From the sequence record MT708547.1: DNA of 64,000 bases. The stretch is one strand, 5' to 3'. The notes under the pieces were generated by a model. It was not told the origin of the DNA. It searched no databases and saw nothing but the letters and a program-made list of their open reading frames with translations. The number at the start of each line of letters is the position of its first letter. Within the stretch, counting starts at the first letter, position 1. Positions 45,824 to 54,832 of the stretch are shown piece after piece. The translations under genes and the position numbers were made by a program.

Positions 45824-46404
45824 ATGCACAGTACTGTGATAAATTACTGAATGCATTGATTACTATACAGAAGAATATAAAAAAAGAAAAGAGTATTCAA
45901 ATTTACTATAATGACAGTTATATTCTTGTACAATGTAATCCAGATGGTAATTACGTAGAGTTCAGTTTTAAGAAAGAAGATGTTCATGATTGCATTAGTA
46001 TTGATTTACATGAAGCAACACCACATCAAAGTTTAAAAAATATTATTAAAGCATATAAAAGAACTACTTATGCATTTGACACTTTAGTTCACAGATATAA
46101 AACATTTTATTGTATGTTTGATACAGACGAATATGATTTCAATTTAGTAGGATTTGATGAAAATAACATCATTAACATTCCTTATGATTTTGATGATGAA
46201 TTATATTTTCAGTACAGTACTTTATATAGTTTACCACCACAGAGTGATCTTGAGCTTCACAAAAGTATTCATAAAAAATGCAAAAATGAACTACCAAATA
46301 AAAGTGTAGTTAGAATTTCATATCTATCCATCGAATTAGATCAAAACGAAATGGATGAAATTTTGGAATCTTTGTATTCATTGGTTCCTGTGTTTAAGCA
46401 TTAA
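45811..46404 (+). CDS. FQYST family
   Basis: DELYFQYSTLY. Confidence 0.85.
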   Translation: MPKLDAQYCDKLLNALITIQKNIKKEKSIQIYYNDSYILVQCNPDGNYVEFSFKKEDVHDCISIDLHEATPHQSLKNIIKAYKRTTYAFDTLVHRYKTFYCMFDTDEYDFNLVGFDENNIINIPYDFDDELYFQYSTLYSLPPQSDLELHKSIHKKCKNELPNKSVVRISYLSIELDQNEMDEILESLYSLVPVFKH

Positions 46405-46407
46405 AAT

Positions 46408-46441
46408 CCCCCTTGACTGGGGTTTTTTTATTTGTTATAAT
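46408..46441 (+). promoter_or_regulatory. Terminator whose loop is a -35 box
   Basis: CCCC-TTGACT-GGGG-TTTTTTT; TTGACT-17-TATAAT. Confidence 0.75.
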
Positions 46442-46460
46442 AAAAAATAGAGAATATAAA

Positions 46461-47087
46461 ATGAAAAAAGAATCATATAACATACTTCGTGTATGTGAAA
46501 ATTTAATATTATTACTACTGTCTTATAAGAAAAATATAAATTTAAGCAAGAAAATTCTTGATTATCATATTAATATTAATATTACATGTAGTACTCATAT
46601 TTCAATATATTTAAATATTAGTAATTTTGGTTCTATTACAACAACATCATCCAATATAATTTCATTTAATGCTGATAATATTCAACCAGTTGAATTAAAT
46701 TTACCAATTGAAGATATTAAAGGTGAAATGATTTATTTTGATGACCGATATTGTGAATATGATGTTAATAGTCCAAATTTAGTAGGAGCGTATTTAAAAA
46801 AATATGATCCTGATATTGATGGATACAATGAAACAAATTGCCATGAAGTAATGGAAAAGACGTATGATGAATGGGCTTTTCAGTACAGTACATTATATGA
46901 TTTTGTTCCAGATAAAGAAGATTATTTTTACTTGAAAAATTTCATGCATAAATTGGGTAACGAATTCGATTATACATATTCAAATATTTTATTTGAATCA
47001 AAAGTGGATATTGTGAATCTAAAATCTGCAATTGATATATGTACCGAAACTGTTAAAAGGAAGATTGATGAAAACTCCGATATTTGA
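46461..47087 (+). CDS. FQYST family
   Basis: DEWAFQYSTLY. Confidence 0.85.
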   Translation: MKKESYNILRVCENLILLLLSYKKNINLSKKILDYHININITCSTHISIYLNISNFGSITTTSSNIISFNADNIQPVELNLPIEDIKGEMIYFDDRYCEYDVNSPNLVGAYLKKYDPDIDGYNETNCHEVMEKTYDEWAFQYSTLYDFVPDKEDYFYLKNFMHKLGNEFDYTYSNILFESKVDIVNLKSAIDICTETVKRKIDENSDI

Positions 47088-47583
47088 AAAATCAAAGAAA
47101 TATGCACAACGTATATCTGATTGTATTGAACTTATACAATTAATGAGAAAAACTTTTTACGTAAATCACAAAGGTTCTTTTCGATATCAACATGAAAATA
47201 ATGGACTTATTACCATGAGCAGAGGCAAATCACCCTTTGGTGAGGTTATATTAACATATGTACCAGATAATATTCATATTCCGTTCAATGATAATTATCT
47301 AATAGAAATATCAAATTATATTCCAGTACTAGATTATACAGAAGAAACCGAATTTCAATATAGTACTTTGTATAATAATGAAGAATTGTTAATGCATTAT
47401 ATATATTCCATTCTATGGAATTTGAACATCAAAGGTAAAATTTATATAAACCCAAAAATAAATTTAAGAACATATACAATGGCATTGAAAAATATCAATA
47501 ATTATTTTGAGATCACAAATTATAATTTATATAAAGAATTGTGTAATAAAAAATTCAAATCAATGGAAATAAACCACTTATGA
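47068..47583 (+). CDS. FQYST family
   Basis: TEETEFQYSTLY. Confidence 0.85.
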   Translation: MKTPIFEKSKKYAQRISDCIELIQLMRKTFYVNHKGSFRYQHENNGLITMSRGKSPFGEVILTYVPDNIHIPFNDNYLIEISNYIPVLDYTEETEFQYSTLYNNEELLMHYIYSILWNLNIKGKIYINPKINLRTYTMALKNINNYFEITNYNLYKELCNKKFKSMEINHL

Positions 47584-48164
47584 TTGAAAGATATGAGTTT
47601 AGTACAAGAATATTAAATGAAGCACTCAAAAAAGTTCCATCAATTGTAGAAAAACATAGTAAATTATATTCTAAGTACAATAGTAATAGTACATTCAATG
47701 TTGGTATTAAAAATCAGAATTATGAAACTAACATTGATGATAGTTCCATTGAATATGGTTCAGCAAATGGTTCTTCATGGACAATTGAATTTGACAATTC
47801 ACTCCATGATTATTATAACTGGACACCAGAATATAATGAATTTAGCTTTAATACATCATCTGTTGCTTTTTTGGTTAGTAGTGAACATATGTTGTACGCT
47901 CTTTATGATTTTAATACTGAAATTTTTATAATCGAAGACACCGATTTATCTTTTGAAGTAAATTGCATAGATTCGCTACGTGAAATGATTTTTACATTAC
48001 AACTGGAGTACTCAGATATTATTGAGACTGAATTACTATGGAGTATGCTATCACCGATGATTGAGTTTAAAAAGCTGTTGACACCTGACAAAGATGTTGC
48101 TATTATATTTGAACCATATAGACAAGAGTTTTTAGAATTAAACCCAGAGATACCAAACGTATGA
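47580..48164 (+). CDS. Hypothetical protein (degenerate FQYST-like)
   Basis: REMIFTLQLEY at equivalent position. Confidence 0.8.
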   Translation: MIERYEFSTRILNEALKKVPSIVEKHSKLYSKYNSNSTFNVGIKNQNYETNIDDSSIEYGSANGSSWTIEFDNSLHDYYNWTPEYNEFSFNTSSVAFLVSSEHMLYALYDFNTEIFIIEDTDLSFEVNCIDSLREMIFTLQLEYSDIIETELLWSMLSPMIEFKKLLTPDKDVAIIFEPYRQEFLELNPEIPNV

Positions 48165-48571
48165 TTCTATATCACTGTAGTACTGTAAAAATTGACAGCT
48201 TTTATATCCCCTTTGGTGGCTTACATTTTGGTGGTATTAATAGTGCTTTAGAAGCGGCGTTACGTAAGCTGAGAAGCCCACGAAACACGTTGGATCACAA
48301 GGAGATACATATCCATAAATGTTTCGTGGAACTCGGTAAAACACAGCACAGTGAGGATTTGGGTGGTGAGGATTCGTGGAGAGCGGTGATCGATGAATGC
48401 TCACGATTAGGATTTAATTCAGTACAATATAAGAATGTATACGAACCTGATTCAGTACCTAGCTATATGATTTGGGACGCCAGTAGAGTAAAAATCATAG
48501 AAGTGGATTGTATTCATATGGATGACGCCGAACAAATGCTGGAAGAATTTTATGATTCACATTGTACTTAA
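48161..48571 (+). CDS. Putative ADP-ribosyltransferase-fold protein (ART-PolyVal-like)
   Basis: LYHCS..F..GLHFG..A ... GFNSVQYKNVYE..SYMIWD pattern. Confidence 0.5.
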   Translation: MILYHCSTVKIDSFYIPFGGLHFGGINSALEAALRKLRSPRNTLDHKEIHIHKCFVELGKTQHSEDLGGEDSWRAVIDECSRLGFNSVQYKNVYEPDSVPSYMIWDASRVKIIEVDCIHMDDAEQMLEEFYDSHCT

Positions 48572-48591
48572 ACTAATACAGGTAACGATTC

Positions 48592-49143
48592 ATGTCAGAA
48601 CCAATAGAATATTTTAAAGCATGTTCTCGTTTGGTTAATTCAATTTCAAAGGATTTTTTATCAAGAAAACCAAAAGAGTATATTGATGATGTACTTGGAT
48701 ATAATTTTATATTATATTGTGGTTTTAGTTCATTAAGAATTTCAGTTGATGATGAAAACGAAACACCAGTACTTACAATTTTTAATGTTGATTACATAAC
48801 ATGCAACCCAAAAGTATTTCATAAACCACGCTGGTGTATAACTAATATTGTTAACAGTGGTATTCAATGTGGTTTGGTGAAAAAAATTACCCACCGTTTT
48901 GATTCAGACGCTGAACTCATAGATTATGAGAATGATTTTAGTTCTAAGTTATTCTCTAATACTTTAACTGAAGAAGAATTTTTCCAGTACAGTACAGTAC
49001 TGAAATTAAACACATTGGAATATTATCTGGAATGGAATAAAACTATAATGCAAGACGATACAAATGAAAAAGTTGTTTGGCATTGGTATTATGGTGATTT
49101 CATTTCAAAAGAAGCTATTGATGAATTATCGAAAAGAATATAA
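48592..49143 (+). CDS. FQYST family
   Basis: TEEEFFQYSTVL. Confidence 0.85.
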   Translation: MSEPIEYFKACSRLVNSISKDFLSRKPKEYIDDVLGYNFILYCGFSSLRISVDDENETPVLTIFNVDYITCNPKVFHKPRWCITNIVNSGIQCGLVKKITHRFDSDAELIDYENDFSSKLFSNTLTEEEFFQYSTVLKLNTLEYYLEWNKTIMQDDTNEKVVWHWYYGDFISKEAIDELSKRI

Positions 49144-49156
49144 TAAGGATTAAAAA

Positions 49157-49645
49157 ATGATGCTTGACATTATCGGAAATTTAGATATAGTTAATCAAAT
49201 CATTCAATCAGCAATTGATGATATTAAGAAGAAGGAGATTGAGGTACGATGGAATTTCTTATCGTCTGATATTGGATACCTTGTTGATATTAGTGAACCA
49301 ACAAAGAAACAAATGGTTGTACAAATCAATGCACTAAGTAACAGACAATCTCTCTGTAAATTTTATATTACAAAGAATGGGATAATTCTCAGATATAATA
49401 ATAAATTGTTGTTTGAATACAAAAACAGTACTAAAACATTCATTACAAATTTATTTGATGAACCATTTTATATTGATGATTTAGAAAGTACTTTCTTTAC
49501 TCAAAGATGTTTAAATTCGTTTGGTTCACTGGATAATATAGTATTTGATTATGATATCATGACTGAAACATTAAAGAAAACACAGGATTTATATTATGCC
49601 TACTTGGTGTTTACCCAAAAACGAGAAAATGCTAACACAGCCTGA
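49157..49645 (+). CDS. Hypothetical protein (degenerate FQYST-like)
   Basis: DLESTFFTQ. Confidence 0.75.
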   Translation: MMLDIIGNLDIVNQIIQSAIDDIKKKEIEVRWNFLSSDIGYLVDISEPTKKQMVVQINALSNRQSLCKFYITKNGIILRYNNKLLFEYKNSTKTFITNLFDEPFYIDDLESTFFTQRCLNSFGSLDNIVFDYDIMTETLKKTQDLYYAYLVFTQKRENANTA

Positions 49646-50075
49646 CGATAGCGTATATAAGTGTATTGAGCATTTCGATTATTTTATTAATTCAAACAAA
49701 GAATTTATTGTGGTCGATTGTATACCATTGTATTTCATTAAATCCGATTCAAATACAATCAAAGAATTTAATATGTACTATGGTAGTGAATTTATATCAA
49801 TTAAATTAATCAATAAATATTTGAAAAATTCTTATTCAATTGAAAGTTATTACAATGGAATATTTTTGCTCGGTATTAGCAATGAGTACATCAATTCAGT
49901 ACTATTAAAATCAAACACAAATGAACCAGTTTATGCTGATCGAGAAGCATTCAATGAAATCGATTTCTTCCAGTATACATGTGGTGATGCTTATATACCA
50001 TTACACACCAATACGATGTGTTTAGTTAAAGATAAATTGTTGGAGATTGAAAATGATTTCAAAAAATACTATTAA
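49629..50075 (+). CDS. FQYST family
   Basis: EIDFFQYT. Confidence 0.75.
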   Translation: MLTQPDDSVYKCIEHFDYFINSNKEFIVVDCIPLYFIKSDSNTIKEFNMYYGSEFISIKLINKYLKNSYSIESYYNGIFLLGISNEYINSVLLKSNTNEPVYADREAFNEIDFFQYTCGDAYIPLHTNTMCLVKDKLLEIENDFKKYY

Positions 50076-50544
50076 AACTGGAATGCAATGTTTGATTGAT
50101 TATTTTGAAAATCCAAAATCATACACTGAGGTACTGAAAGGTGATCACACATTTCATTACTACGGTGATGATATTCAGATTATAGTTGGATTTCATACAT
50201 TAAAACTTTGTATTATTGATAATAAAAATTCAAATTGTTTTATTTTCTCTCCAGTAAAAATGCGAGAAGATGATATTTGCACCGAATTCGGTACTATTGT
50301 TGCTGTAATTGATGATGATGGTAGAAAAACACATATATACGATACACTATTCATTGAAAGTTCTACTTTGTTTCAATTGAGTTTAATTCACGATATTAAT
50401 ATTGATGGATTGGATATATTGATGTATAAGTATAGTGAATTACTTGAATTACTAGGGAAATCTAAAATTAATCACAATACTAAATACATTAAAGAAGCAT
50501 GTGATAATTTATCAAAAGCTCACGTGCAATACTCTAACGAATAA
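50047..50544 (+). CDS. FQYST family
   Basis: ESSTLFQLSLI. Confidence 0.8.
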   Translation: MKMISKNTIKTGMQCLIDYFENPKSYTEVLKGDHTFHYYGDDIQIIVGFHTLKLCIIDNKNSNCFIFSPVKMREDDICTEFGTIVAVIDDDGRKTHIYDTLFIESSTLFQLSLIHDINIDGLDILMYKYSELLELLGKSKINHNTKYIKEACDNLSKAHVQYSNE

Positions 50545-50585
50545 GACACTTCAGGAAGAAGTGCATTTTTTGGAAAGGATGCCCC

Positions 50586-51062
50586 ATGGAAAAGACCAGC
50601 ATCATCGAAAATGGTGATATTAACGATATTTTATCTTTGAATGGATTTAAAATTCATGATATAATGTTTTCAGTGAGAGACATAATTCAGTGCTTATTTT
50701 TATGTAGTAAAACAATGTACGATTATTATCATAGTGATTTATGTAATATGTTTGTCATTACTATCAGTACTGAAAACTCTTTTGTATTATCTTTTCCAAT
50801 GAATACCAATGAAGAATTCATTCAAGCAGTACTAAGAAATGATAATGTAACTAATGCACAAACTGAAGTTCATAGAAAGAAGAATACTTATACAATTAAA
50901 GATGATAAAATCATTATGTTTGTTAGTAAAGGTTTTATCATGGATAACTTCATTGTTAAAGAATCTTATCATGATTTTAAAATTGAACCTGATAGTTCTA
51001 AAGTTATGATTTATGCTAGTGATATTGAATCAATTACAGTATCTGATCCTGAACTGGAGTAA
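50586..51062 (+). CDS. Hypothetical protein
   Basis: AAAGGA SD. Confidence 0.8.
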   Translation: MEKTSIIENGDINDILSLNGFKIHDIMFSVRDIIQCLFLCSKTMYDYYHSDLCNMFVITISTENSFVLSFPMNTNEEFIQAVLRNDNVTNAQTEVHRKKNTYTIKDDKIIMFVSKGFIMDNFIVKESYHDFKIEPDSSKVMIYASDIESITVSDPELE

Positions 51063-51066
51063 TATT

Positions 51067-51207
51067 ATGTCAAAGAAAAATAAAATAAACAACTACGTTG
51101 CAAAGTACTGCAATGAGTTCAATAAAGCTCAAACTCACGTAGATCGTAAAAAAGAATTCAAAAAGGGTAAAATCAAACACAAAGGCGGGAGTGAATACTT
51201 CCGCTAA
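51067..51207 (+). CDS. Small basic protein (NxVAK..FNKAxxHxDRKK type)
   Basis: GGAG SD; motif recalled from T4-like phages. Confidence 0.7.
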   Translation: MSKKNKINNYVAKYCNEFNKAQTHVDRKKEFKKGKIKHKGGSEYFR

Positions 51208-51241
51208 TTTTTCGCCTAAATTTCGAGAAGAATAACATAAT

Positions 51242-52135
51242 ATGAAAGACTTTTTAAATTTCTCTGTACTATCTGTAAAAGAGCACTTTGATATAATTAA
51301 AGGAAGCTCTTTAAGCAATCCACCATTTAATTCAATTCATAAAAAAACTTATAGAAATGCAATAATTTATGAACTAATGGACTATGATATTTGTTTTTAT
51401 AAACACGACGGTGATAGTACTGAATTTAGTATTCAGGATCATTCATTTAATCTACCGTGTTATTCATTAGTTGAATCAAGAAATTATAGTTCTTATTGTT
51501 CACATGATTATTCGTACAGAAAAGATTTATACACAAATGAATTGTCTTATAAACAATTCACATTAAATGGTATTGATTATGCAAAAAACACATTTAATGC
51601 AAGTGTAAGATATCATAGTATTTCTGATAAAATCAAATACAACCGAATTCTTACTGATTATAATTACTGCATTCGTTCATTATATAGTGATATCAATAAT
51701 ATAAGTGCAACTGCAATTGAATCAGAATTCTTCAACAGAAATTTTCAAATTTTAGAAAAATCTAAAATTAGTACTGGATTTGTATTCGAATCTAATTTTG
51801 ATATTAGTGTACCAAAAGAAAATAATAATAAATTATTAACAAGTGTTCACGTTAATCTAAAGAAAGAAACAAAAGATAGTAACACATTATTTGAAATGAA
51901 ATGGAATTATGATGATAGATTGGTATTTGAATTAGATACACCAGATGCAAGTATTATGCATTTATATAATACACTATACACATTTCAATCTGAATTGTTG
52001 TTTGGTAAAACCGATTATTATCATTTTAAAAATTCATTAATTTATCTGGAAAAAATATTAGAGTATTATAAATCAGAATTACCCATAATCAGTATTGTGT
52101 TAGAAAATATTAAGAGGAACAAAGATGGAAACTAA
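51242..52135 (+). CDS. Hypothetical protein (possible FQ-like tail)
   Basis: 297 aa ORF; LYTFQSELL. Confidence 0.8.
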   Translation: MKDFLNFSVLSVKEHFDIIKGSSLSNPPFNSIHKKTYRNAIIYELMDYDICFYKHDGDSTEFSIQDHSFNLPCYSLVESRNYSSYCSHDYSYRKDLYTNELSYKQFTLNGIDYAKNTFNASVRYHSISDKIKYNRILTDYNYCIRSLYSDINNISATAIESEFFNRNFQILEKSKISTGFVFESNFDISVPKENNNKLLTSVHVNLKKETKDSNTLFEMKWNYDDRLVFELDTPDASIMHLYNTLYTFQSELLFGKTDYYHFKNSLIYLEKILEYYKSELPIISIVLENIKRNKDGN

Positions 52136-52433
52136 TTTTAAAATTGTATTCAAGGAATTTTTAATTCCATACCTTGGAAAGAGATTCATTCCTTATAATG
52201 CAAAGAAAGTACAACACCCAGATGGTACTGAACTGTATTTGGTTGAAAGTACAGAACAAGATGCACTTGATTTATTCCTAATGCATATCAAGAATGCAAA
52301 TTCAGACGTTTATAACAAATATTTTGAGTACTTGTATAATGAATATATTCTTGAATTCCAGGATGAAAATATGTTCAGATTAGCAATGAGTGATTATTCT
52401 GAATGGTCAAATATCGTAATTGGAACAAACTAA
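52125..52433 (+). CDS. Hypothetical protein
   Basis: GAGG SD. Confidence 0.8.
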   Translation: METNFKIVFKEFLIPYLGKRFIPYNAKKVQHPDGTELYLVESTEQDALDLFLMHIKNANSDVYNKYFEYLYNEYILEFQDENMFRLAMSDYSEWSNIVIGTN

Positions 52434-52456
52434 ACTAAACAAGAAGGATTAAAATT

Positions 52457-52843
52457 ATGCGTGATGAAAAGACAAGTAAAATTCTAAAAGCAATCGGTGG
52501 TGTTCTTATTATTGATGTAAAAGGAGAACCAAAACTTTGTGCTATGGAAGATCTAAAAAAATCAAAATTCTTTGATATTGGATCACTCTTCAATGCTATC
52601 CGAGTGCTGAATAATAAAGAAGTTGAAGATTATGGTCTTAAATGGCCTACATACCGTGATGCTTCAGGTGAAATCAGCAATTCATGGAAAACAATTCAGG
52701 AAGTACACAGTCGTTCTGATAATGATTGGGACTTTATCGTTGCTGTCTGTGAACAACTAAATGAAGAAGTACCTGAAGTACTGGAGAAATATATTGTATT
52801 ACAAAATCTGGATAGTTTTCGTAATGGAACTTTGCAGTACTAA
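52457..52843 (+). CDS. Hypothetical protein
   Basis: AAGGA SD. Confidence 0.85.
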   Translation: MRDEKTSKILKAIGGVLIIDVKGEPKLCAMEDLKKSKFFDIGSLFNAIRVLNNKEVEDYGLKWPTYRDASGEISNSWKTIQEVHSRSDNDWDFIVAVCEQLNEEVPEVLEKYIVLQNLDSFRNGTLQY

Positions 52844-52872
52844 TTAACAAAAAAACATAAAGGAATATAATA

Positions 52873-53160
52873 ATGAAAGAACAAGATATGGATATGGAAT
52901 ACGATTTTATTAAAATTGAAGAAGGTGAAGAGAGTGAACAAGTAAGTACACAACTTGTTGCTAATACAAAACGTTCAATGATTGCCCGCAAACCAACCAG
53001 AACGCAGGAGGAATATGAATCGTTTATTGAATCAAAATACACAGAAGTCCATTATATGCAAGATGGTACACCATATGACGTCACCGTTACAGTACTGAAA
53101 CCTGAAGTTAATGATCTTGAAGGTTTAAAACAGTGCTACGCATACCAAACACGTAGTTAA
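52873..53160 (+). CDS. Acidic hypothetical protein
   Basis: AAGGA SD. Confidence 0.8.
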   Translation: MKEQDMDMEYDFIKIEEGEESEQVSTQLVANTKRSMIARKPTRTQEEYESFIESKYTEVHYMQDGTPYDVTVTVLKPEVNDLEGLKQCYAYQTRS

Positions 53161-53169
53161 TATATTAAA

Positions 53170-53198
53170 GGCAGAGATGTACTTCTCTGCCAATTTTT
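53170..53198 (+). terminator. Terminator
   Basis: GGCAGAGA-TGTACT-TCTCTGCC then T-rich. Confidence 0.7.
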
Positions 53199-53229
53199 AA
53201 TTTAAAACAAAATAAGGTTTAGTAGATAT

Positions 53230-54090
53230 ATGAAATTATATTTTTTATTTTCTTTTGCTGAAGATATGTATGGATTTGCAGAAGTTGCAGAAAGTGATGG
53301 AATCTCATCACATACCAGGCATCAAAAACACCCACATGAGTTTTATAATAATTTATTCATGTTTATGCAATATAAAATTTTCTCATCTGAATTTGATAAT
53401 TTAGATCACCCATGGGAATTACCTTTAATTGATATTCCAGACGAATACGTATTTCAGTTCATGTTAATGGGTCTGGAAGACTATGACTTAGTTGTTTATA
53501 ACTACAGAACTAAACGCATTATGCTTGGAACTCACGATAGTTCCATTGTATATGTTTCAAGTACTAATGATGAGTTAGCGTCTGATGAAGGTAATTATAG
53601 AAAATCTTATGGTTATATAGAAAATGATAATGATTTTATTTTAGATTTTCGTGTATCAGAAGAAGAAAGAAGAAAAAGAGAAACTTATCAAGTGGAGTTA
53701 AAACCAGATAATGGTTATAATGAAATTTTAGAAGTACTTAAACCATACTACCTTGATATTGTTTATAAGAAATATAAACGCCTGCTAAATCATCTTAGCG
53801 AAAAAGAACCAATTGGTTTTGAAACCAATTCATTACGTAATAGCATCATATTTCCACCTAGAGTAATGAAATATGGTGAAGTTTCTAAACACAAGATGAA
53901 ACTATATCCAGATGATATTGAAGTTCTATATCATTCGTGGTTGAATAATGATGAACTATATGTAGAAAATAAAAAGTTAATGCGTATAAGTAATAATGAT
54001 GATAGATTGCTACAAGCGTGGTATAATGATTCATATTCTGCATTTACTGACAGTAATTCTGAGTATTGGAAGAATACAGGACAAAACTAA
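53230..54090 (+). CDS. Hypothetical protein with internal FQ-like motif
   Basis: IPDEYVFQFML. Confidence 0.8.
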   Translation: MKLYFLFSFAEDMYGFAEVAESDGISSHTRHQKHPHEFYNNLFMFMQYKIFSSEFDNLDHPWELPLIDIPDEYVFQFMLMGLEDYDLVVYNYRTKRIMLGTHDSSIVYVSSTNDELASDEGNYRKSYGYIENDNDFILDFRVSEEERRKRETYQVELKPDNGYNEILEVLKPYYLDIVYKKYKRLLNHLSEKEPIGFETNSLRNSIIFPPRVMKYGEVSKHKMKLYPDDIEVLYHSWLNNDELYVENKKLMRISNNDDRLLQAWYNDSYSAFTDSNSEYWKNTGQN

Positions 54091-54094
54091 ACCA

Positions 54095-54121
54095 AGGACG
54101 GCGTAAAAACCGTCCTTTTTT
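54095..54121 (+). terminator. Terminator
   Basis: AAGGACGG-CGTAAAAA-CCGTCCTT-TTT. Confidence 0.85.
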
Positions 54122-54125
54122 AATA

Positions 54126-54133
54126 TATAAATA
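54126..54133 (+). promoter_or_regulatory. Possible T4-type late promoter
   Basis: TATAAATA; also TATAAT at 54158. Confidence 0.35.
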
Positions 54134-54139
54134 TCTGAA

Positions 54140-54610
54140 CGAAAAATAGATTTAAGATATAATGTATGTAATTACAAGGATGTTGGATGCACAGGATGTG
54201 CATACACTAAAAACCTGATCCACTCGAAACAAGTAGAGGGCAGATGAGTATACCAACAATACGCCGTGTAGAGGATACCCGTTTAGGCGAGTCGACACGT
54301 TAAAGGGCAAAGGTAGCACGATTGCCCCAATCTCTCAGGAGATTGATAGGACGCGAATCCAGTTAAGTCTGGACATTAAGTGTAAAAAGGGAGATTATTT
54401 TCTTTTAGATATTTTGGAAATAATCACAGTATTGAATTGCTTGAATAGTTCGGTACTGAAGTGCAAGTATGTTTAAACTTGTGACCGTTGCATGTGACTG
54501 CGATAAGGGGAAACCGGGCAACCCGCCTCTGCCTAATAAATTAAATTTATTAGAATTCGCAATTCAAGGAATTTCGACAGCTACGAGCTTCAAGGCTTAG
54601 CTTTTTTATT
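54140..54610 (+). ncRNA. Candidate ~450-nt structured ncRNA
   Basis: GC-richer ORF-free island; GGGCAA/TTGCCC, CAATCTC/GAGATTG, TCCAG/CTGGA, CAAGT/ACTTG, GNRA loops, ends AGCT..AGCT-TTTTTT. Confidence 0.6.
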
Positions 54611-54777
54611 TCTCATCCCCTCCCTGTGGGGGGGATGAAAATATCTCGTGCAAACGCCTTCAAGTATTGAAATTCACGAAGTGAATTGAAATTACTTGTT
54701 CTGTAGTCAAACGACAGTGAGACGTGAGAACAAGTAATTTCTGCATGTATCAACGAAGTGACAACGAGTTGATACAT
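54611..54777. repeat. Cluster of long perfect hairpins
   Basis: AATTCAC-GAA-GTGAATT; 15-bp GAAATTACTTGTTCT/AGAACAAGTAATTTC; 10-bp ATGTATCAAC/GTTGATACAT. Confidence 0.8.
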
Positions 54778-54832
54778 AGCACTTTAAAACATTATTGAAT
54801 TCAATAATTAATATTATTATGGTTTTAAAGAA

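Noticed and set aside
54140-54780. tRNA, tmRNA, RNase P or group I/II intron
   Set aside because: No cloverleaf/TTCGA-CCA ends, no recognisable catalytic cores, and no interrupted ORF
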